From Eledone cirrhosa (Eukaryota), in contig OZ024749.1 in NCBI GenBank assembly GCA_964016885.1, forward strand, positions 248,001-312,000: a stretch of 64,000 nt of DNA. Direction: 5' to 3'. Every line of letters begins with the position of its first letter. Positions within the stretch are counted from its first letter, which is position 1. Under the pieces are notes generated by a model, which was given only the letters and a program-made list of their open reading frames with translations, did not search any database and had not been told where the DNA came from. Positions 37,501 to 48,444 of the stretch are shown here, piece after piece. Position numbers and translations under genes: made by a program.

Positions 37501-37988
37501 TTACACCCCCCTCTATTGGCACATGCCCCTACATAGTCCCAACGTGCATCCAGGATACCATTCCAGTCCCCCACTAAAAGCAAGGAGCGGGACGTTCCCA
37601 GAAAAGTTTCCAGACGTTGGAAGTATTCCGGCCGCGCTGCCCAAAAAGGGGCGTACACAGCAATTAGTCTAAGGGCTCCACTTTCACTACTGCCGACGTC
37701 TAAAACCATCAGTCGACCCTCCGGGTCCAGGTGCACCTTCTGTATGGCGAGGCCTAGGTGTTTTCACAGCAGAACGACAACTCCACCCCCACCCCCCGGT
37801 TGACAGAGAGATGCGAAGATCTCAAAGTCGTCGAAGAGGGGCGCCAGTTGGTGCTCGCTGCTGATCCTGAACTCGCAAATAGCCATTACATCCATTCTAT
37901 GCGACCTGAGATCGTTTAAAAGTTTGCCTTGTTTCCAAGACAGTCCCAGGCCGCGTACATTCAGACACCCAAATCTTATATCAGCCAT
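34551..37988 (-). pseudogene. Tx1 ORF2 (APE endonuclease, RT, CCHC), disrupted
   Basis: MADIRFGCLNVRGL, GDWNGIL, SYLDRVL, SDHKLV, LDQSKAFDRV, YADD, CPRC..H...C. Frameshift near 37760; stops at 36585 and 34743; 3' end approximate. Confidence 0.88.
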
Positions 37989-38410
37989 GTTGGTTAAAAG
38001 AGGAAGGACCTACCTGTTCGGCTCCTGAGGAGAAGGTTGCACAATATCCATGGGCGTATTGGAGGGGTTGTTTGGTGGGGTGTTGTTCTGTGGTGGAGCG
38101 GGGGTGTTTGGTGAGGTGTGGGTGGGGAAACGTTTCAAGAGGACGCGGTTATAGGGTCGAGTACATGTTTTCCCCACGTCCTCAGGAAAGTTCTCTCTTA
38201 GTTTTGCATAGGTGTCCATTGGGAGTCTTATCATTTTTAAATGCGGTTTGTTGGCCGCGCTTGCAAAGAATTGCCCTTCAGTTTCCACCGAAGGGTCTTT
38301 GTGTATTGTTTTTACTAGTTCTTTGTTATTTGTGTTAATGTATGTATACTGTTTTATTTGTGTTGTGTTTGTTTGTTGTTCTTGTGTGTGCTTACGTTTT
38401 GTTGTATGTG

Positions 38411-39805
38411 TTATGTTTTGGGGTGGGGCGGATTTTGTTCTGTTTGTTTTGTTTTTGTTGGTGGTTGTGTGTTTGTTTTGTTTATGTTCGAGTGGTGCTT
38501 TCTTTTTACAGGTTGGAAGGGTCCCCCCTGTTCGTCACTAGGTGCCGTTTCAGCTGGGTCCTCGTCCGTGCTGTCGGGTAGTGGTGTATTTTGGGGTTTT
38601 GTTGTGTTTGTGTGTGTTTTGGGTGGGGCCGTGTCTTGTGTCATTTTTCCGTGTTGTTTTTGTTGTTGTGGTGGTGGTGGAGGTGGTGGTGGTGGCGGTG
38701 GTGGTGTGTGGGGTGTAGGCAAAAGAGCCTTTTTTTTTGTCAATTGAGGACAGGCAGCCCTTAGATGACCCCTGCTTGAACAGTAGTAACATATGGGCCT
38801 CCTACCCTCGGCTGAAATGTATATAAATGTTTCTCCATCGAGGGACACCCTCTGTGGTATTCTAGCTATTCGTTCTGGTCTCATTTGGACCAGAACCTCC
38901 ACGCTCAAACCGCCGAAAACGTCTGTTGTGACTTCTCCTACTGAGAGGATTCCGTCCTCGTCTTCTAAAAATCCTGTTAGTACCCAGGAAATGCATGCAT
39001 TTGGCCGGATTCCGGAGACCCTTATTTTCTGCGTTCTTTTCCCTAAATATGTGGGGAAAAATGTGTGTAGCTTGGAAACAATTGGCGCCACAGAGTATTT
39101 CCTGGCCGTCAATTGATCCTTCATAAGCACCGTTATATTCCCATAGAGTGGCCCTTTTTGTATGAACGATATATCACTCCACACATTTTTTAGGACCAGT
39201 TCAATTTCTTTTTGGGATAATTGAGCTGGTTTCCTTGTTATGTTGGAAATTGTTCTGAAAGATATCGTTCTTAGTGTCATGTCTCTTTTGATTTCTTGTG
39301 GGGAGGTGATTGTGAAGTCTCCTCCTTCTTTGAAAGTTACATACTGTTTTGCTTCCTTCATCTTTTCTCTCAGAGTTGTAATGTCCAGTTGCTTGCAGGT
39401 CTGTGTTTTCCGGACCGCCTGTGCAAAGGAGGCACCAGTAGTGGGTTCGCTTTGTTTGGTGTTATCGTTATTTTTTCCTTGGTTGGTGTTGTGACTATTG
39501 CTGTTATTGTCGTTGTTGTTTTTGTCTGTGTTTATGTGACTTTCTGGGTTTTCACCCATTTTTACAAATTTTTCTTTTAATTCCGTGTTCCATGTTTCTT
39601 TTGCAGAAGTCAGGAGGGAAGACTTAGAGCCTTGTGCTTCTAGCTTCTCTGTATCACCTTTCTTAGGGGGCGTGGCTTTCACGTTAGGATGAGATGTGAA
39701 AATTCCGTCCATTTCTATTAGTTTGCCGTAATAAATTTTTAACTGGAAAATTCGCCCCAAAAAGGGGCGAAAATAAATAAACTCAAAGTTTGACGACCAA
39801 AGCAA
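38411..39805 (-). CDS. Tx1 ORF1 (gag-like nucleic-acid-binding protein)
   Basis: CYYCSSRGHLRAAC (CX2CX4HX4C) followed by a Pro-rich tail; probably continues into 38010-38288; true start uncertain. Confidence 0.8.
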   Translation of the reverse strand: MLWSSNFEFIYFRPFLGRIFQLKIYYGKLIEMDGIFTSHPNVKATPPKKGDTEKLEAQGSKSSLLTSAKETWNTELKEKFVKMGENPESHINTDKNNNDNNSNSHNTNQGKNNDNTKQSEPTTGASFAQAVRKTQTCKQLDITTLREKMKEAKQYVTFKEGGDFTITSPQEIKRDMTLRTISFRTISNITRKPAQLSQKEIELVLKNVWSDISFIQKGPLYGNITVLMKDQLTARKYSVAPIVSKLHTFFPTYLGKRTQKIRVSGIRPNACISWVLTGFLEDEDGILSVGEVTTDVFGGLSVEVLVQMRPERIARIPQRVSLDGETFIYISAEGRRPICYYCSSRGHLRAACPQLTKKKALLPTPHTPPPPPPPPPPPPQQQKQHGKMTQDTAPPKTHTNTTKPQNTPLPDSTDEDPAETAPSDEQGGPFQPVKRKHHSNINKTNTQPPTKTKQTEQNPPHPKT

Positions 39806-41030
39806 GGGGTTAACGTATATTACAGTATAAAAAAATTAATCAAAACTCACTTTTGAGTAAGTAAATCCGACTCGGTAGCCGAGCTTGTTCACACACGTCA
39901 ACACACGTCTCTCGTATACGAGATGTTATGTGAGATATTATGTGAGGTAAAGCCTTTACTGTGAAAATACAATAACATATATAGAGTAATGTAAATGTTA
40001 TGTGAGATATTATGTGAGGTAAAGCCTTTACTGTGAAAATACAATAGTATATATAGAGTAATGTAAATGTTATGTGAGATATTATGTGAGGTAAAGCCTT
40101 TACTGTGAAAATACAATAGTATATATAGAGTAATGTAAATGTTATATGAGATATTATGTGAGGTAAAGCCTTTACTGTGAAAATACAATAGTATATATAG
40201 AGTAATGTAAATGTTATGAGATATTATGTGAGGTAAAGCCTTTACTGTGAAAATACAATAATATATATAGAGTAATGTAAATGTTATGTGAGGTAAAGCC
40301 TTTACTGTGAAAATACAATAGTATGTATAGAGTAATGTAAATGTTATGAGATATTATGTGAGGTAAAGCCTTTACTGTGAAAATACAATAGTATATATAG
40401 AGTAATGTAAATGTTATGTGAGATATGTGAGGTAAAGCCTTTACTGTGAAAATACAATAGTATATATAGAGTAATGTAAATGTTATGAGATATTATGTGA
40501 GGTAAAGCTTTTACTGTGAAAATACAATAGTATATATAGAGTAATGTAAATGTTATGAGATATTATGTGAGGTAAAGACTTTACTATGAAAATACAATAG
40601 TATATATAGAGTAATGTAAATGTTATGTGAGATATTATGTGAGGTAAAGCCTTTACTGTGAAAATACAATAGTATATATAGAGTAATGTAAATGTTATGT
40701 GAGATATGTGAGGTAAAGCCTTTACTGTGAAAATACAATAGTATATATAGAGTAATGTAAATATTATGAGATATTATGTGAGGTAAAGCCTTTACTGTGA
40801 AAATACAATAGTATATGTAGAGTAATGTAAATGTTATGTGAGATATTATGTGAGGTAAAGCCTTTACTGTGAAAATACAATAGTATATATAGAGTAATGT
40901 AAATGTTATGTGAGATATGTGAGGTAAAGCCTTTACTGTGAAAATACAATAGTATATATAGAGTAATGTAAATGTTATGAGATATTATGTGAGGTAAAGC
41001 CACTATATTATCATATTTTGGATTTTCTAG

Positions 41031-41070
41031 GTGTCGCCAATGGCTGCTATCATTCCCAGAATATGAACCG
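41031..41070 (+). CDS. ANKRD27/VARP-like gene, coding exon 8 (CRQWLLSFPEYEP)
   Basis: TTCTAG acceptor, GTGAGA donor; phase 2 to 0. Confidence 0.78.
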
Positions 41071-41139
41071 GTGAGACACTTTTTTCTTTTTCTAATTTTT
41101 AAAAATTTATTCTAAGAAAATATCTTCAAGTATCATCGC

Positions 41140-42140
41140 AAGCATCATCACCATCATGCTCATCAGCATCACCACCATCATCACCGCCACCACCACCACC
41201 ACTGCCATCACCACCGCCACCACAACCACCATTACCACCACTACCATCACTGCCACCACCATCACTGCCACCACCATCACCACCACCATCACCACTACCA
41301 CCACCACCGCATCACCACCACTACCATCACCACTGCCACCACAACCACCATCACCACTACCACCACCACTACCACCATCACTACCACCACCACCACCACT
41401 ACAACCACCACTACCACCGCTACCACCACCACTACCACCATCACCACCACTACCATCCCCATTATTACCACCACCACCATCACTACCACCACCACCACCA
41501 CCACTACCACCACCACCACTAGCACCACCAAACACACTACCACCACCACTACCACCACCACGACTACTACCACAACCACCACCACCACTACCACTACCAA
41601 CACCACTGCCACCACCACCACTACCACCACCACCACTACAACCACCACTACCACCGCTACCACTACCACCACCACCACTACCACCACCACTACCATCACC
41701 ATCATTACCACCACTACCACCACCATCACTACCACCACCACCACCACTACCACCACTACCACCACCACCAGACACACTACCACCACCACTACCACCACCA
41801 CCACTACTACCACAACCACCACCGCCACCACCACCACTACCACCACCACCACTACCACCACCACCACTACCACCACCACTGTCATCACCACTACCACTAC
41901 CACCAACACCACCACTGCCACCACCACCACTACCACTACTAACACTACCACCACCACCAGCACTACCGCCACCACCACTACCACCACAATCAGCACTACC
42001 ACCACCACTACCACCACCACCACCACCACCACTACCACTACCACCACCACCACTACCACCACCATCACCACCACTACCACCACCATCACCACCACCAGCA
42101 CTACCACATCTACCACCACTACCACTACCACCACCACCAC
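41140..42140 (+). repeat. Complex (ACC/ACT/ATC)n microsatellite
   Basis: Direct reading. Confidence 0.95.
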
Positions 42141-42427
42141 TTTACAGAGTGTACTGGGTGTATTTCATTGTGAAACCAACACATTGGGTGTAGCATAAAA
42201 TAGTTAGATGATAAAATGAGTGCTAGGCTGAGGTTGATATTCAGTAAATCTTTTTAGTGTCATGCTCTAGCTTGGCCATACTTTAATAACTGTATAGTCA
42301 GGATAGGAAGGGAAATATTGATGATCCTTTTCAGCACCTCCAAGAATGTTTGCAACAGAAAGGACTTTGCTAAATGTACCCATGGGGCAGGTGGTGCTTT
42401 TCAAATAGGGTATCAACTTAAGTTAAC

Positions 42428-42980
42428 CACACTGTAAAGTGGTCATGTAGGTGTCACAACAAAAAGTACCCAGTACTCACTGTAAAGTGGTCATGTAGGT
42501 GTCACAACAAGTACCCAGTCCACACAGTAAAGTGGTCATGTAGATGTCACAACAAGTACCCAGTCCACACTGTAAATTGGTCATGTAGGTGTCACAACAA
42601 AAAGTACCCAGTACTCACTGTAAAGTGGTCATGTAAGTGTCAGAACAAGTACCCAGTACTCACTTTAAAGTGGTCATGTAGGTGTCACAACAAGTACCCA
42701 GTACACACTGTAAAGTGGTCATGTAGGTGTCACAACAAGTACGCAGTACACACTGTAAAGTGGTCATGTAGGTGTCACAACAAAAAGTACCCAGTACACA
42801 CCGTAAAGTGGTCATGTAGGTGTTACAAGTACCCAGTACACACTGTAAATGTGGTTGGTGTCAGAAAGGCATCCAGCTGTAGAAATCTAGCTAGAAACAG
42901 TTCTATATGAGCAAGACATGGTCACTTGGCCCAACTTCCCTTTAATGGGACAACCTGTCTAGCATGGAAAGTGGACATTC
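42428..42980 (+). repeat. RTE 3' UTR fragment with about 43-46-bp minisatellite (about 9 units)
   Basis: Repeated CACTGTAAAGTGGTCATGTAGGTGTCACAACAA(AAA)GTACCCAGTA, followed by the RTE 3' UTR end. Confidence 0.85.
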
Positions 42981-43495
42981 TAACTGCATGTCATAGAATC
43001 AGAGCTGGGATCTCTCAATTTAGAGATTCTTTCCTAAGACATTCTAACCACATGTCATAGTATCAGAGCTGGGATCTTTCAATTCAGAGAAGTAGCAGCT
43101 CTACCTGGAGTGATTCTCTCATCTCCCAGCTATACACTCTATCAAATAATGTTATTATTCCAAAGACCCTTCAGAGGAACTCCATTTTGTCCACTTATAT
43201 TTGCGATTGTATGTATTATCATATGGAAGGGTTGGCACATATACCGAATACCAATATGATTTTAATTCACATTCATTTAAATGAATTGCAATAATTTTTA
43301 TTCCTATTTTCTTGAATCATTATCAAACATAATTTAATTTTAGTCATTTTCTTTTATGAATTCATCATTCATAATTTACAGATCAATCTCATACAATTTC
43401 CTCTCTTTTTTTTTTGCTTTATTGCTTTCATATTCCATTGGTTGATTGTATATAGAGAACAGTGTAGTTTGGTGAAATAAATTGATACATAATAT

Positions 43496-44081
43496 TTAAC
43501 ACTTTAGCATTTAAACCGGTCGTAACCAGCCAGAATTCTCTCACCTCTTTCTGTTCAAACTGGCTGTAACTGGCCACTCATACTGACGTTAAGGTATTGT
43601 TCTCAAAATAAATACTATCAAAATCGTAGATTTGATATTATGTGAGGTAAAGCCTTTACTGTGAAAATCCAATCTATAATATTATAAAGCTGACTTTTGT
43701 GTGTATTATGTATGTATGTATCCTACACACCTCTCTCTAGTTTGTTAGCTTTACTCTCTCTGTCGCTCTTCCCTCTCTCTATAATAGATCATTCCCCCCT
43801 CTCTATAATTTAACTGCTTTACTCTCTCTGTCGCTCTTCACTCCCAAATATTATAAAGTTGAGCGTCGTCTCTCTCTCTCTCCCCTCTTTCACACTCTAT
43901 AATTTAACAACTTTACTCTCTGTCTCTCTTCACTCTCTATATGACAACACTCTTTTACTTTCTGTTTTAATTGTATCTCTCTCTGTCTAACGGCCTATCT
44001 CTCTTTTCCCCTCCCTCTGTTTTTCTGTCGTCGCTCGCATAAGTAACATACACACACATACTTTCTGTCGTTGCACGCATA

Positions 44082-44122
<41 letters not shown>

Positions 44123-44860
44123 TACACATACTTTCTGTCGTTGCTCGCATAAGTAACACACACACACATACGCACACACATAATATAACCTCAAAACAAA
44201 ACACACAGACACACACATACATATGCAAACACACACACACTTTATATGTATGTAAGATCATTCCCCCTCTCTATAATTTAACTGCTTTACTCTCTCAGTC
44301 GCTCTTCACTCTATATGACAACACTGTTTTAGTTTCCGTATCTCCCTTCAATATATACACATAGAGAGAGAGAGAGAGAGATTTAGAGAAAATTAGGAAA
44401 ACTACACACACACACATCTACAGAGAGAGACAGAAAAACAGAGGAGGGGAAAAGAGAGAGATAAGCCGTTAGACAGAGAGAGATACAATTAAAGTGTTAG
44501 TTTTTCAGAGAGAGAGAGAGAGAGAGTCGGAAGGACAATGTGACACGGAAGGGTGTGTGGTGGGAGCAGGTATACCTAGCCGGGCACCAGCTGGATGGGC
44601 CAGCTAGTAGTAAATATAGAGTAATGTAAATGCTATGTGAGATATTATGTGAGGTAAAGCCTTTACTGTGAAAATACAATAGTATATATAGAGTAATGTA
44701 AATGTTATGTGAGATATTATGTGAGGTAAAGCCTTTACTGTGAAAATACAATAGTATATATAGAGTAATGTAAATGTTATGTGAGATATTATGTGAGGTA
44801 AAGCCTTTACTGTGAAAATACAATAGTATATATAGTGTAATGTAAATGGTAAAGGGTGAA
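43496..44860. mobile_element. Complete TTAA-type MITE containing about 4 units of the 72-bp repeat and a Helitron insertion
   Basis: TTAA-CACTTTAGCATTTA ... TAAATGGTAAAGGG-TGAA imperfect TIRs. Confidence 0.72.
43673..44607 (+). mobile_element. Non-autonomous Helitron
   Basis: A|TCTATAATATTATAAAGCTG ... GC-rich subterminal segment ... CAGCTAG|T; removing it restores the 72-bp unit CAA|TAGTA; no TSD. Confidence 0.8.
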
Positions 44861-44953
44861 AATCAATCAAATGTTGACCATTTGTTTCTGTTGTAGTTTT
44901 ATTGTGTGTAGGGAAAGCTGTTAAAGTTCTCTGTCTCTTTATAATATTTGTAG

Positions 44954-45071
44954 ATCTTAAGTGACTTGGATACTAAACTAAGAATGTTCAACACTAACTA
45001 CATGGTACTGCCCTGCTATTTGGAAAAACACTGCTACTCACCTGTCAGAACTGGCAGAAGGAACTGTTGAG
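44954..45071 (+). CDS. ANKRD27/VARP-like gene, coding exon 9 (ILSDLDTKLRMFNTNYMVLPCYLE...), with +1 frameshift as assembled
   Basis: TTGTAG acceptor, GTACGT donor; 118 nt. Removing one A at 45024-45028 gives open ...LENTATHLSELAEGTVE. Confidence 0.72.
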
Positions 45072-45108
45072 GTACGTTGACATTTTCATCTTTTTAATGT
45101 CTGATTAC

Positions 45109-45390
45109 ATATCACCACCATCAGCATCATCATCACCATCACCACCATCATCATCACCATCATCACCATCACCATCACCACCATCATCATCACCATCACC
45201 ATCATCATCACCATCACCATCAGCATCATCATCACTATCATCATCACCATCATCATCATTATCATCATCGCCATTACCATCACCATCATCATCATTATCA
45301 TCATCGCCATTACCATCACTATCATCACCAACATCTTCATCACCATCAGCATCATCATCATCATCACTATCATCATCACCATCACCACCA
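45109..45390. repeat. (CAT/CAC)n microsatellite, expanded tail of a minus-strand RTE 3' fragment
   Basis: Followed by TTTAATGTCCAC...CATGGGTTAGA, the reverse complement of the RTE 3' end. Confidence 0.85.
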
Positions 45391-46099
45391 TTTAATGTCC
45401 ACTTTTCCAAGCTATCATGGGTTAGATGTGTCATGAGACATTCTGGCCAGATGGAACTGTAAAGTTGGCCTTTTCTACAGCTGGATGCCCTTCCTAACAC
45501 CAACCCCATTTACAGTTATCTATATAGTACTAAGAATCTTTGTTAATGTTCCAAACACTCCTGGTTCTATCATACAAAACTGTTTATGTTAAAGTATTTA
45601 TCTATATATTACTAAAACTCTGCAATTGTGTGCTTGTCTGTAATTTAATACAGCAGAAAGGGCACATAATGGGAAAGTACTTTGAAAGGAAGTTGACCCT
45701 GAAATGGGAATACAAATGGAATAAAACAAGGTTTGCTTAAATCGGAGCATGGGTTCCCAAGATATGTGGTTTCTCTGGGAACCTTCATAAAGAGAGAGAA
45801 AGAGATAGTGGTTGTAAGAGAGTAGATTGAAAGAGAGTGGGAGAGGAGACAGAGAAGGAAAATGGAAGAGAGAGAGAGAGAGCTGGTGGTGTTGTTGAAT
45901 GAAATTATAACACGTGACTTCAAAGAATCAAATACAACATTACTGTATCTAGCTCGAATTTGGTGACTGAATATTATGTCATATGTATCATTTAACTTGT
46001 GTTAGGACAAGATATGTGTAACGAATATTTACTGATAAATAGGAAGGGTTTCTACATGCGTGTGTGTCTGTGACCAGTATATATAAATCACACCCACAC

Positions 46100-46130
<31 letters not shown>

Positions 46131-46269
46131 TATATATGTGGGCCTTCCAGTTTCATTTCACATTATATACATGTCTGTATATTTTTATTATTTAAAATTA
46201 ATTTTAAGTGAACATGATTTTTTTTAAATATTTCTAAGTAAACATGACACAATGGGTCCTGGGTGGTCT

Positions 46270-48380
46270 ATCATCATCATCATTTTACGTCTGCTTTTCT
46301 CTGCTTGCAAGGGTGGGACGGATCCGATTCAGCACAGCATCTCTCCACTTGTTACGGTCCTTTGCCGTCTCCTCCGTGAGCTTCTGCAATTTGGTGTCTG
46401 CTCTCCGCCCATGATTTTCGTGGTCTACCTCTACTGCGTCTGCCTTCCACTGGAATTTCTTGGCACATCTTTACCCAGTGGTCATCCTCCATGCGCATCA
46501 CATGTACATACCATCTCAGTCTTCTTTCCCGCACACTACAACTTATCCCTCTTATACACAGTTTCTCTCTCAACTCTATACTTAGTCGTTCACGCACATT
46601 GGCATTGCACATCCAATGGAGCATACCTGCTTCATTTCTCTCCAGCCGTCGCATATCCTCCGCGGTTGCTGCCCATATCTCACTACCATGCAGCATCGCA
46701 CATCTCACACAGGCATCATATAACCGGCCTTCCATTCGTAGAGAGAAACCCTTCTTTGTCAACAGAGGAAGCAGCACCCTAAACTTCTTGCAACCCGTCT
46801 TTATTCTAGATATTATGGCCTCGGAACACCCTCTTCCCTTGCTAATCTGATCACCCAGGTATCGGAAGCTATCAATCACCTCTATAGATCCTACCTGTAT
46901 TTGAAAAATGTGTCTATCACTGCGACTTCTGTTGTCAAATTTCCCTGAAGATCTACTGCATATTTAGTTTTTCCCTACCTGTTAGTTTGCCTGCTATCCC
47001 ACTACATCTCTTGTGTACCCAAGATCTGCATTGTGTACATTCTATAGAATTTATGCCAACTCCTTTTTTTACATATTGAACATGGCCATTTCCCTGATGG
47101 AATCAGAGTTTTGTCCTCTTTTCTACTCGTCAATCTCCGTCCTTTTGATTCCAACTGCTGTTTCCATAGCCAGAATTTATTCTCTAGCTCCTCTACTGAT
47201 TCTGCTATAAGAACCAGATCGTCAGCATAGAGAAGTTACCATGGGCAGCCAGTCTTAAACTCCTCTGTTATGGCTTGGAGGACTATAATGAACAAAAGCG
47301 GGCTGAGGACCGAACCGAACCCTGATGTACACCTACTTGTATCTGGAATTCCTCACTAAACTCCATTCATCCTCTCACTTTACTGACAGCACCCCTGTAC
47401 ATAGCTTGCACTGTCCTCACAAGCCATTCCTCAACACCTAGTTTCCTAAGGGACCACCAGATGATAGATCAGAGTACTCTATCAAAGGCCTTCTCTAGGT
47501 CAACAAAAGCTAAGTATAGTGGCTTATTCTTCTCGAAGAACCTCTCTTGTAGTTGCCTCACTAAGAAGAGGGCATCTGTTGTACTTTTCCTAGGCACAAA
47601 ACTGCATCTCATCTAATTTGACCCTTTCTCTAATTAGTTGTGCTAGCACTCTTTCAGTCACTTTCATAACCTGATCCATCAGTTTTATGCCCCTATAATT
47701 GCTCCTCTCTAGAGCATCCTCTTTACCTCTGTAGCAATTTATAAGAATAGTGCTGCACCAGTGTATGACACCACCATATATAGCTTGAGTGATGATGTGT
47801 GCACCCAATTTAGTTCCTACGTCCCCTGGTGCCTTCAGCAACTATTCCCGACGGTCCAGTGGCCTTACCACTTTTCATTTGCTTAATTGCTTCTTTGATG
47901 CTATAGTCGTCAATCTCAATAGCTGGTCCCTATGTTGGGTCTGTTGGGGATAGTTTCTCTCTCCACATTCATCAGTCTCTTATAATGACATTTCCAGGCC
48001 TCCTTTTTTTGATCATTCGTGACACTAAGAACACCGGCATCATTACAGACACACTTATCTCCAACAACATCCTGATTTACACTGACACACTGCTTTGCAA
48101 TGCGGAACACCTCACGTCTCTGATCTTCCCGTCGCAGAACATTGGCAAATCTCCTACTCTCAGCCTCCCAGTGTGCTAAGTACACCTGACGTCTAGCTTC
48201 TCTTTTAGCGGCTGAGTATTGGTCTGTATTCCCACTATTTTTCCAAGCCTTCCATGCCAGTCTTTTGTCTTTAATGGCTCTATTTACCATGCCGTTCCAC
48301 CACCAGGTCACCCTCTGTCCGGTTGGAGCTCTGCTCCAGCTACAAATCTCTTCATAGCCTGCAGTAAGTTGTCGCGTAAA
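46270..48380 (-). mobile_element. RTE-B copy, degenerate
   Basis: ORF pieces 46352-46879, 47590-47841 and 47916-48311. Confidence 0.9.
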
Positions 48381-48444
48381 TTGGTCATGTACGTGTCACA
48401 ACAAAAAGTACCCTGTCCACACTGTAAAGTTTGTCATGTAGGTG

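Larger units (their letters stand above)
34316..39922 (-). mobile_element. Near full-length Tx1/L1-clade non-LTR retrotransposon
   Basis: ORF1 with CCHC knuckle; ORF2 APE-RT-zinc knuckle; 3' AATAAAGAAATC end; inserted in the 72-bp satellite. Confidence 0.93.
33633..41001 (+). repeat. TTAA-MITE left end plus 72-bp minisatellite array (about 24 units), split by a Tx1 insertion
   Basis: TTAA-CCCTTAAGCATTTA at 33633. Unit GAGTAATGTAAATGTTATGTGAGATATTATGTGAGGTAAAGCCTTTACTGTGAAAATACAATAGTATATATA at about 33717-34315 and 39923-41001. Confidence 0.9.

Noticed and set aside
33717-41001. Regular repeat array that could be mistaken for CRISPR
   Set aside because: Units are contiguous with no unique spacers, there are no cas genes, and the context is eukaryotic.
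45067-45509. Ser/Pro-rich and Asp/Gly-rich ORFs
   Set aside because: Translation of the (CAT/CAC)n tail of an RTE fragment.
45654-45730. Candidate exon 10
   Set aside because: Weak acceptor and donor and no recognisable similarity; not supportable.
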